Under the pieces are notes generated by a model that made no database searches, had not been told where the DNA came from, and saw nothing but the letters and a program-made list of their open reading frames with translations. Shown here piece by piece: positions 52,213 through 63,078 of a stretch of 64,000 nt of DNA. The stretch spans positions 806,001 through 870,000 of the forward strand of contig CP120455.1 of NCBI GenBank assembly GCA_034226945.1, in the 5' to 3' direction. Each line of letters begins with the position of its first letter. The first letter of the stretch is position 1. The stretch is from Picochlorum sp. SENEW3. Its lineage: Eukaryota. The translations under genes and the position numbers were made by a program.

Positions 52213-55090
52213 TCACATATTCAAAACTTTCATGTAGCTATCTGGCATGCAGATGGTATCCTTATCTGTTGCCTCTACACTCTTCAGGAGTATGCATGAC
52301 CAAGGAAGCATGGGATATGTATTCTGAAGGGTCCACATTTCCTGAGCAGCCTGTGCAGCTTGAACTGCCTCTTCTGAAAGGCGTTCATCTGCAATAAGAA
52401 TATCAAAAGGTGCCACTTTTCCAGTGTCAACTAAAGGAAGCCACTTCCTTCCGTGCATCTGTGGCAACTGCACCATCTCAGATTCATGCGAGGTATTAAA
52501 TGCAATGTAGATATCTGCGTGTTCATCGTGGCCTTTTACGGTGAGAGCAAGGAATCGCGATGTCTCGCTCCAGTCTGGGTTTCCAGGCTCTACTCCATGC
52601 CACTCAACATCTGCATCGGATACATACTGCTGCCTTCGGAGCATTTTGAATTCTTTCCTCAAAGATATCATTGATCGGGTGAATCGAAGCATTCCATTCG
52701 TGTCTGCTTTCGCAAGACACCAGTCAATGTAATTCAATGGTGAATCATGGCAGTATGTGTTGTTGTTTCCATTCTTTGAATGCCCATACTCGTCTCCCAT
52801 AAGGATCATTGGCACTCCGTTTGATACAAGAAGGGCGGTCATGAAATTGCGCATCTGTCGTGAGCGCAAAAACTGGACAGAGATGTCCTCAGTGACTCCC
52901 TCTTCACCACAATTCCAACTCAAGTTGTGACTCTCCCCATCTCTATTATCCTCTCCATTCTGTTCATTGTGCTTTTCATTATACGACACAAGATCAGCAA
53001 GAGTAAATCCATCATGCGCCGTCACAAAGTTGATGGAAGCCCCTGGTCCACGGCCAGATTTCCATCGACGACCGCCATTGTTGCCCCACCAGTCATGCTC
53101 ACCTGGTTCATTGACATAGATATTCGGCGATCCACACAAAGATGCTGCGAATGCTCCAGTCCAATTTCCATCAGTCCCTTTAATGAATTGCCGCGTAGCG
53201 TCACGGAAATGCCCATTCCATTCTGACCATCTACCCCCATAGTGAGGAAATGCTCCAACCTGGTTGAGACCATCACAATCCCATGCTTCTGCAATCAATT
53301 TGGTTCTAGATAAGACTGGATCGGAGGAAATCGATGCTATGAGAGGGGGATCTGAAAGTGGTGTCCCAGTTGGAGCTCCAGCTCCGTCTGGAATAATCCC
53401 TCCAACAGGACCTTCATCAGATTCAACATCTGATGTCTCAGACCACTCGCCTGACATATCTGAGGGGAAATATTTCTTCATTGCTTCCTCCATGATTTGA
53501 TCATCACTTTCATTGGGTGCTGTGTGCCACAAAGAATGGGCTCTCGTCATGATGGAAGCAAGGTCAAACCTGAATCCATCGACGTGCATTTCCTCAACCC
53601 AATACCTGAGACAATCCACGATGAATTTCCGAACTACAGGATGATTGCAATTGAATGTATTTCCACAGCCTGAATAGTTATAATACTCCCCTTTTGGAGC
53701 CAACATGTAATATACTCTATTATCAATGCCTCGAAAAGAAATGGTTGGTCCATGCTCATTCCCCTCTGCAGTGTGGTTAAACACAACATCTAAAATGACC
53801 TCAATACCTCTTTTGTGACTCTCCTTGACAAAATTCTTGAATTCATTGATTACTTGTCTAGATGCTTCAGCAGCATTGGCAGTCTCACATTTCATGGCAC
53901 TGCTATACCGTGCCATTGGGGCAAAGAACCCAACAGTGCTGTATCCCCAAAAGTTGTATCGATTCATAGAGCCGTCCTCCAATCCCACTTGGTAGTACTC
54001 CAACTCATTGAACTCATAAACGGGCAGAAGTTCTATCGCATTGATTCCAAGGTATTTTAAATAATCTAACTTTTCTACCAATCCAGCATAGGTGCCAGGG
54101 CTCTCCACCCCTGAACTCTCATCTGCTGTAAACCCTCTCACATGAGCTTCATAGATGATCAAATCCTCTATTGGGATATCAAGTGGTTTATCTCCCTCCC
54201 AATCAAATTCATCATCTGGGCCTGGAACTAATCCTGCCGCTTGTGGCCATGTGCGAGCCGTCTGATCCAGCTCCTCCTGTGAACCCGCAAGTTGTCCAAA
54301 TTCTCTCCTCCCGTTGAAGATACTCTTGGCATAGGGATCCACAACGATGCTATCCTGCACACGCAGGTTCACGAACATTAGATGGACATCCAATACAAAT
54401 TTACTCTCATTCCAACGTACAGGTGAGAATTCCAATCCAGCTCGAAAGAAACTCCCATCGTTCTGAGGGCCTCCAATCCTGTATCCGTACAAGAAGGATG
54501 CCTCCAAGTCCTGAAAGGCAACATGCCATACATCCCCGGTCCTGTGCACCGCTTCATCCAATGTAATTTCGTATGACACCTTTCCATTAATTATGTCCTC
54601 CTCGGTGTAAAGACACAAACTCACAGAACTTGCATTCGAAGAAAATAGAGCAAAGTTCACCACATTCTACAGACAACCATCATGCCCACTCTGAGATGAA
54701 TGCCACATTCGTATCACGATACCCTCAATTGACAACGCACCGTATCTGCTTCATACGTAGCCCCCATTGGCTCAGGACATCCAGGAAGAATAAGGGCGAA
54801 TGGATCACCCTTTTCTCTTCTCTTCTTTGTTGATTCGAGGCCAGCAGCACTTGCTGACTCCACTGCTGAAGCAGCAGCTCGTTGCGCTGGGTGAACATCG
54901 CGCCCCCTGCATACATATGCGATCATTCAATTTCGATACGTTTGATAGGCACTATGAGACAGCATATCGCGACAGACCTGCGCCTGATCGCTGTCCTGAG
55001 TCCGACGTTGTCCCGAGTCCAACAGTGTCGACAAATAGAATCTTTCCTCGAAAAGGGCAATGTGCTGCAAACAAGCCCTCGACAACTCAT
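52213..55090 (-). CDS. ISA1: Isoamylase (ISA1-type starch debranching enzyme), plastid
   Basis: VNFALFS, IYEAHVRGFT, NFWGYST, DVVFNHTAEG, DGFRFDLAS, LIAEAWD, NFVTAHDGFTL, GNNNTYCHD. Confidence 0.93.
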
Positions 55091-55449
55091 TTTTAATGCT
55101 AAAATTGCACAGGATGCTTCTCAATACAGTAAAAGTGTGTTTCCGTGAGAGAAAAACACGCTCAATCAACGATAGCCTAGGTCTTTCCCTGTTCAATACA
55201 TTCTCTGGGTAGATTGGACAATGTGCTATATGAAGATGGAAAAATATCAAGGATGACATGGTTTCTTTGCTCGATGCCTTTCAATTGAACGCATCTAGAT
55301 GCTCTCAAGATTCGAAACCAGTGTCCTCTTCAGATCATCGAAGCCAAGGATTCGCCACGGCTGGCATGGTCAATTGTTCAATGCGGATGCTTCATAGGCA
55401 ATGTAAATACGACAATTTACCAATTCAACAATCTGACAGGGTCTCAAAG

Positions 55450-56637
55450 ATGCTAAGTGCGCACCAGGGCGGGAATGTTGTCCACTCTGCTGAACCTTGT
55501 CAATCGAACTTTGTAAAAAGAGGTCAGACACGCTCGGTTAAAAGGATGAATAAAGGCATTGTGAGGGCTAAATCTAGGTACGGTTCTGCCCCAGTGTCCT
55601 GCCGTGCTTGGTGTGTTTGATACAAAGGTTAGATGGCTCACTGAGAAAGCCAGTCAGTGATATCTATCATACATTGCAGTGATATTGATGAGGAGATTCA
55701 TCGCGTTATAGAGAGCGATCTTGGTTTTGGTTCTGTTGAGAAGATGACATTCTTTGGGGGAAGTAGTTGGAGTTCTTGTTACTTGTGTGAAACTTCTCAA
55801 GGGAAAAAGGTCTTTGCAAAGACTGCTCGTGGAAGAAAATCTGAGGACATGTTTCTTGGTGAATACCTGGGCCTTAAGGCGATGTTCGGTGAGGATAGTT
55901 ATATGTTCCGTAGTGTATGATGGTATGGATGACGATAGGATATGGTTCGATACGTATGTGCAGATACAGGGGCACTTCGAATTCCCGAGGTGTATCAGTA
56001 TGGAAATGCCGGATCCGGGTCATTCATCTTGATGGAATACCTCAAACTGAATGGTGGATCATCACAAGCTCTTTTAGGAGAATGTCTAGCGAGAATGCAT
56101 CTATCAACACCATCGCATCCTAAAGCACAGGAAGGATTCTTTGGTTTTGATGTTGACAACACCATTGGTGGGACCCCACAGCCAAATCCATGGACTGATA
56201 CGTGGGTGGCTTTCTTCAAAGTCCACAGACTGCAGCATCAACTCAGGCTCGCAGGCGACAAAAATCTTTCAGTCCTAGGGGAAAAGCTGTGCAATAACCT
56301 CGAGCTGTTCTTCCCTGCAGATATGGAGATCAAACCATGCACTTTGCACGGTGACTTGTGGAGTGGTAATATAGCAAGCGTGGAAGGAAAGCCATGTCTC
56401 ATCGATCCAGCAGCGTATTACGGTCATTCTGAAGCAGAATTCGGTATGAGCTGGTGTGCTGGATTTGGAAAAGAATTTTACGATGCATACCATGCATTGA
56501 TCCCTAGGGCTCCTGGGTTCTCAGACCGCCATGATCTGTACACCCTCTACCATATGCTGAACCATTACAATTTATTCGGCGGAGGCTACTATGGTCAATG
56601 CGAGAACCTGTTGAAGCGACTGGTGTCAAAGATATAG
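55450..56637 (+). CDS. Protein-ribulosamine/fructosamine 3-kinase-like protein, plastid-targeted
   Basis: FGFDVDNTIGGTPQPNPW, LHGDLWSGN, DPAAYYGHSEAEFGMSW, LYHMLNHYNLFG. Confidence 0.92.
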
Positions 56638-57037
56638 AAGAAATATCGACCCTAATGTTGGCTGCCACTAGCAGATGAACCATGTTTATCGAGTCTAGTG
56701 TATCGGAAAAGGAGGCCACTTACATATGTTAGGGTCATGCACAATATTGTGATCGTGGTTATATATATATACAACATATGTATGTGATATATTAAATACA
56801 TGGTCATAGTAGATACAACATCACACCATCAACGGTGATGTGATGTAACGTAACGTAATTGCATTGGCCAATGTCCCATGGGACACGTGCACCTGCAGGT
56901 GATGTCTATCGTGACATGATCTGCAGATTCCGATGACGCGAGATGCGTGCTCAATGCTGACAACGCCCCACCTTGCAGATGATTCTTTATGCATTATTCA
57001 TTGTATGTTCAGTATGCATATTGTCAGAACGTAGACA

Positions 57038-57514
57038 ATGGACGCAAGACAAGGTCGAGGAAACGGGTATGCCCCGGAGTCTTGGAAAACCCTCTGTGAG
57101 CTCGAAAGGACCCTCAGCGTAAAGCTTGTTTCTGCTGAGGATCAGAAAGGTATGCATATGGTTTGTCATGGTTGTTTTTAAAGAAGCATGGGCAAAGTGA
57201 GGCTTCAGCGACCCGTGATTCTGCCCTGCGGAGGGTAAAATACGTTCAGTTTCTAGATATCTGATTGTTCATATGGATTCCTATTTTTACATTATTAATA
57301 TATATATATATATATATAGGGACGCTTTTGTCTTCTGGAGAGAACGCATCTACTCTTGGCGCCGACGAAGCACGTGGAGGTACCGGGGTAGACTCGCGCT
57401 TCGATGTCTTTCTGGATGCCGCCCAGGAATTGGACAGAAGGGGAAAGTCTACTGCTGGAGAAGGTGGGAACTTGATCTCCACTCAGGAGGATGGGATGAC
57501 TGAGAAGGAGCGAA
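57038..57514 (+). pseudogene. 5' part of a bZIP transcription factor gene, interrupted by the CACTA element (exons 57038-57149 and 57320-57514)
   Basis: MDARQGRG..EDQKG|TLLSSG..GMTEKER; the reading frame continues exactly on the far side of the element once one TSD copy is removed. Confidence 0.75.
57298..57318 (+). repeat. (AT)n microsatellite immediately before an intron 3' AG
   Basis: About 10 AT units directly followed by the acceptor of the bZIP intron. Confidence 0.9.
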
Positions 57515-57530
57515 CACTAGCGTCAGGCTG

Positions 57531-57634
57531 GATCCTTCACCGGTCCTTCACTGGTCCATTCGGGGTCGCCCGCCAAACGGGGCGAAGGACCGGTGACGTT
57601 ACATTTCGTCACCCATGGACCAGTGAAGGATCGG
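57531..57634. repeat. Left subterminal inverted/direct repeat array (TCCTTCAC[CT]GG motif)
   Basis: ccggtccttcactggtccat (57540-57559) is the reverse complement of atggaccagtgaaggatcgg (57615-57634) with 1 mismatch; tcaccggtccttc and gaaggaccggtga form a second, perfect pair. Confidence 0.9.
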
Positions 57635-58076
57635 TTCCTCCTCGCTCTCACTACCGCCCCTATTAAAATTATTTCTGGTATTCATTTATAATATTACACT
57701 CAATAGTATATATTAATGTCACAGACACAAATATGAGCAGCATTTGCCAGGGCTACTTCACAGATACCTTGTATCACCTCCAGTTGTCCATACTCCCAGT
57801 TCTGAAATTTCCAACCTGCAGGCTATCAGCTGCAAAGAATCCTATTATTTCTGCAAGCCCGTTACCATCCGACACCTTTAACTTATTTACAGCCACTCCA
57901 ATTTCCCTAAAGACTCAGCCTGCACTTAGTACACCTTTTTCCCAGCCCTAGCAGCCTCCACTTCACTACAGTACTTGAGCTTTGGTGGGTTTCCCCACCG
58001 AACTCTCGTTACATGTGATAAATAGAATGTTATATGGTTTTATACTACATTTCAGCTCAAAAGAACGACAGAAGAA

Positions 58077-59469
58077 TCACACTAGCGTGATATCGGTGTT
58101 CACTGGGGTGTTCTCACTCCTTTCTTTTCTTCTACATCTCTCAGCTCTATCTTTTGCGCTAGAAATGTATCTTCGACCATCTTGTTGCCATGCCTCTACA
58201 TTTGAACATCCTGCCGGTCTTCGCTTCCTGTTTCTTGGCTGCTTGAGCTTCTTGATTTCATCTTTTAGAGATCGTATTTCCTCATTCTTCTTTTTGATCA
58301 CTTGTTGTAAACCAGAATCATCCTTCTCCTTGGCAGCCATTTCTCTAAGCGATTTCACGTCGTCTTGTAAAGAAGTTATTTTCCTAAGCAAACTTGCTTG
58401 TTTAGGGACATCGAAAGCTGATGCATTTGCATGCAGTTGGGAGTCAAGTATTGCATTTGCATGGTCATCATCCACTTGACACATCCTACTAGGCTGTTCT
58501 CGAAGGTCTTCATCATCGCTGCTTTCTATGCCTGGCGTGTAATCATTCCTATTGGAAACGGTTCCTCTTGCTGCAGAAGCCTGGATGATGTTTGATGTCA
58601 ACCCCATGCTGCATACATTGGAAGCATCAGGTGATGGTCTCGACAACCATTGCATTACTTCCTTCCAGTCGTCTCCTGGTGGGACTAACCCTGCATAGGC
58701 TCCGTTGTTGTCCCTTATATACCGCCCAAAGTTGTCCCAGTAGACATCAGCAGATCCTCTTAGTGCAGCTACAACTTGGCTTCGCAACTTGCCCAACCGA
58801 AGGTTGGATGTTGTGTTGTTCGTATAGGTCGTCACGTACTTGAAGAATTTGGTCAAGTCGGTAATTTTTCTCCTTCTGCCTTCCTTCTGAATTTCATAAA
58901 GGACTCGCACCCGGCCAGGTTCCCAAAAGTATTTATCCACAATACCCTTTCGTCCCCTTGGCCTCTCTAGAGCAAAGGCGCCGTAAACTTCCCCATATTC
59001 TTCCTGATCCTTGTGAATTCTTGGCCAATACTGGTACAACATGCCCAATATCCATTTCTTGAAGTCGGCGTCTTGGGGGCTATCACTCTGACGAGTTGAT
59101 ATGGCAGTTGAGCCATGAAACCCGCTGGTGCCCTGGGTCTCTAGGCAATCTTCTGCAGTAAATATAATAGTAATATGAGAAATATCATCGCTTTCTGATC
59201 TCTTCTGCAGTCTGCAAGATAGACAATTCGATAGGGTCCGAAGGCCAACCGTTTTCTCTTCGCTGCACTTTTCCACATTCAGGTACAAGCGAATTTTTTT
59301 TCCCTTTCTCACACTCTAATTTTTTAATTGTTTCCTCCAACTCTTTCAGGATCATATCGGACGTCCAACCCTCGTAAACTGTGCACAACTCGTGCACGTC
59401 GGTGCCATCTGGACTCCGCAAACGAACAGCCGTCTCCAATCCAGGACTGAGGAAAACCTCTTCGCTCAT
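58077..59469 (-). CDS. Transposon-borne accessory protein of unknown family (about 440 aa; exons 59469-59269 and 59204-58077)
   Basis: A 64-nt gtgcag..ctgcag intron joins ORFs 59185-59469 and 58077-59312 in frame; coiled coil and basic NLS-like KQPRNRKRR near the C-terminus; lies inside the TIRs. Confidence 0.7.
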
Positions 59470-59741
59470 ATTTACTAATTTGATTTAATAAATAAATATC
59501 TGGTAATTTGTTCTGGTATCAGTCATGCGGGATGTCGATGGATGTATTGTTGACAATGATTGGTAGTTATTCGTCAGTTGCAGTTACATGCACCTTATCA
59601 TCCCCATGTTGAAGACGTCTCGTTGGAAGATTGGCATAACCATATCTATATGATATATTTATGTACAAAGATTTGATCTTTCATGAAAAATCTTGTCTGA
59701 TCGTATCTGGATAACCTATTTGTTCTTGAAAGTTGGTTGCC

Positions 59742-62725
59742 ATGACTCAGGACCTTTGCCACAACTGTCGCAGGACGATGCCATCCTCTCGCAGTGGGAA
59801 AGCACATCACATTCAAGGTAAATGCAAGTCGATTTTCACAGGGGGAGCTCACTGTAGGTGATGCACCTCCCATGATAGCCACGGAGCAGTTGAGTCCAGA
59901 TACAGCAGAAGTGCCTACACCCGTGCAGAATTCAGGTGAAGATGCTGCAGAGGATGGCACTCCTTTTGAATATTACAATACTTACACCTCTATTCCCAAG
60001 AAAAACACAGTCGAGTATTACGTCAGCATGATGAACGAGCCTGTTTTCACTGGTGCAAACCAAACGTTGAAGGAATACTTGCAGTCATCATTTGCACTCT
60101 ATGTCTCAAGTGGTATGGGGAAAGCAACATTCGAAGAGCTATTACAACGAGATCGAGTCTTATTGGAGAATTTTGATCCCATCATCCCCAAATCCCTGTA
60201 TCTCGTGAGAGAATCCCTTGGCATTCCCAAGGCTGACCAGGTTGAGCATCACATTTGTACTTGCCTGCAGTACATATTCGACCGTCTTCCCAAGGAGCAA
60301 TGGATCTCACACAAGGATGATAAGTGTAAAGGTTGTGAGAAGCCTCGATTCAACGTAGTGAGAAATTTTGATGGTTCTCTCAGGGTCACGCCCAGGAAGG
60401 TACTCATCTCTTGTCAAATAGTATTTACTATCCATGAGACCTATCGATTCTGATCTTATTTGCCTGCTCTGCAGAAGTTTTATGCATTCAATCTTGAAAG
60501 TCAAATCAAGCGTCTCTTCCGTATACCTGACTTTGCGCAGAAAAGAGGGTCGCAAAGGGAGCAGAACTTAGTCTACCAGTCCGAGCACTACGAATGGTTA
60601 GTAGGAGCCACCCGTGGGGGGGTGGCACAGGTCAGCAATAGTGTGTATAGTGTTGGGTTTGATTGGTGTCAGGCTACTAAATCAAAAGAGCATTCTATGG
60701 GAGTTGTAAGCATGCGATGCGAGGACTTGCCAGCAGATCTAGCCCACAAGGACAGCATGACAGTGCCATTGCTCTACTTACCGGGCCCCAAAGAGCCAAC
60801 CTGTCTGAATGCGTTGTTCAATTTGATCGCTGCACAATTTACTAAGGCAGCAGAGTCTGGTATTCAAGTGAGCTATATTAACAGCGAAGGCAAGCAAGTG
60901 GAAATACTCCACAAACCGTATTGGGTATTTATCCACTGTGATTCCCCTGCACGAAGCAAATTAGGTTGCTTCAATGGAGCTAATGCTACCTTTTGCTGCC
61001 CATACTGCCGTCATCCTTCAGTTCGAGTTGAAAAAGCATTGAAGCCCTTGGGCTACCTCGAGCCTGTCTCTTACTTGCATTATATATGTGTGACACAAAA
61101 AGAGGAAGAGCAACGACTTCTGACCTACCAAATGGGTGTCAGAAGACAGCGATTGTCCCTAGAAAACATGGAACACCGGGAGAAGCTGTTTATGTACTTG
61201 ATCAAGAAAGGGAGATATCAGCACGAGGAGATCAGGAAAGAGTTGGGCATCAATGGGAAATGTGACCTGTTTGGGAAAGTGACCACACTACACCGTGTGC
61301 ATGCCTTTCTCCTTCCCTTTTACCATCTCATTTTTCTTGGAGTACTCAAAACGTTTTTCACTCTTCTTGTGAAGAAGGACCCGAAAAAGAAGGCTAGGAA
61401 GAAGAGAAATAGAACAAAGGACAGGGATGAAGATGGATCAGATACAAATGAAGTTACGATCTTCCGCCTGAGCAAGCTCAAGGAATTGAATAATTGTATC
61501 ATCTCAACATCTGACCTGGGAAGGCCACCGAGATGTTTATCAAATATTGCGGCATTCCTTGTCGAAGACGCGAAGAACCTTTGGGAGTTTCAAGGCACTC
61601 TCCTTATGCACCCAGCAGTAACAAGTAAAGTCCTGGGTCTCGAAGACGGAGTGCTTCCACCACTAGCAAAAGAGGCATGGGGATATTTAAGAAGAGGAAT
61701 TGACTTTTTTATGGATCAGGACACAGTGTCTCTTGACAAGCATGGCCGCACAACACTGGCTGCAAAGGAAGCACAAGAGAGCCTGCTGGAGTTTGCCAAG
61801 ATATGCGAAAAGGTATGTGGAGATGCATGTGCCTCATTACGCATTGCGCCTCCTTTCAAAATTTAAACATCGTAATTTGCAGAATTTTATGCCAGTGTGC
61901 ACGCAAAACCTGCACATCCTTATCTGCAGACTATTAGATCAGGAGAAGGCAACAGGAAAAGCCAAGTTCATGAATGAGTTGCACATTGAGAGATCGCTTC
62001 AATTCTTTAAGAAGAATGCCACAGGAAAAGCAGAACCAGAAAAGGTTGCATTACAGAAACTGTTGGACCACTACTACCTGGAGGAGTGCTGTGGCAAGTC
62101 ATCTGCTTCCAGCATCACCCAGGTATCTCAGAGCAAGAGCAGCCCTTTCATTGCATCGGATGAGGATTTCTTTACAGGCCCAACAAAGGCCACGGAGAAA
62201 CAGATGGAACGCATTCAGGCGTTCTGTCGACGTTCCAACATCAGGGCACATACATCAGATTGCAAAGTTTACAAAGTTGCTGAACTACACCGAGATGGCA
62301 AGATTGAGAGAGTAAATTCATCTTTGTACAACAGGGAGCGGACACGACAGTCAAATACTGTGCTTGTTGACATGAATTCATCGGGCTCATCGCACCACCT
62401 TGGAGTTGGCATTGTGAAATTTTTCTTTTCTGTAGAAGTCGATGGGACAGAGACAATGGCAGCAGCCATCCAAATATATCGTGATGACCAGGTTGAATTT
62501 CATCATGATCACGACTTTGGCACAGTAATTGAAATCAAAATCAATCGGGACCACAAGCTGATACGTATTCGATGCCTTCCCTTGGAGAAGATACTGACAA
62601 AGGTCGTTCGTTTAAACTGCAGTGACCTGGACAAGAACGGGAATCCCACCGAGGAAACACAAGTCAAATATAGCGACTTTGTTGTACCAAAATCTCAAAA
62701 GTGGCTCAGACATATCGATTCGTAG
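59742..62725 (+). CDS. EnSpm/CACTA DDE transposase (Transposase_21/Tnp2-like); introns 60400-60474 and 61813-61882; first exon tentative
   Basis: HHICTC..CKGCEKPRF; VGFDWCQ (D1); SMGVV.MRCEDLP; LPGPKEP; HCDSPARSKLG..G.NAT.CCPYC (D2); YHLIFLGVLK; TQNLH..G..MNELHIER (E). Confidence 0.88.
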
Positions 62726-63078
62726 ACGTGAGATGCTCAACTTCGGTCAAGATGTGACATCAATGCCTTGGAAATGCTCCTCACACCAAGAGCCATGTTT
62801 GGGCCATATATCTTGTCATATGATATAATTATCATTTAATATATGTTATATGACGCTTGGTGCTTCCCTGACGCAGCAAACTGGTCAACTCGGAGAAGGC
62901 GAATTGCGAGCAGAGTGGACCGACCCGTTTCTTGACAAAACTCATATTTCAGGCCAAACTGGCCTCGGTTATACATTATTATAGTAAAATTGTAAATATT
63001 TATGGCACCAAGGGGTCGTTTTGGTCCACTTGAAATTTCACGAAGTATCAATGAAGGAACCTCGTGACGCTAGTGGAA

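Larger units (their letters stand above)
57515..63075. mobile_element. CACTA/EnSpm (CMC superfamily) DNA transposon, full-length, probably autonomous, 5,561 bp
   Basis: Left end CACTAGCGTCA (57515-57525); right end TGACGCTAGTG (63065-63075); 3-bp TSD GAA at 57512-57514 and 63076-63078; subterminal repeats; internal transposase. Confidence 0.93.

Noticed and set aside
57265..57666. 133-aa ORF as an independent gene
   Set aside because: It is intron sequence plus bZIP exon 2 plus read-through into the transposon end
57649..57968. Extra CACTA words at 57649 and 57964 as element ends
   Set aside because: They do not extend to match the right TIR and have no matching TSD
57982..58479. 165-aa hydrophobic plus-strand ORF inside the transposon
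   Set aside because: Antisense to the K/E-rich coiled-coil part of the accessory gene, which yields F/L/S-rich shadow frames
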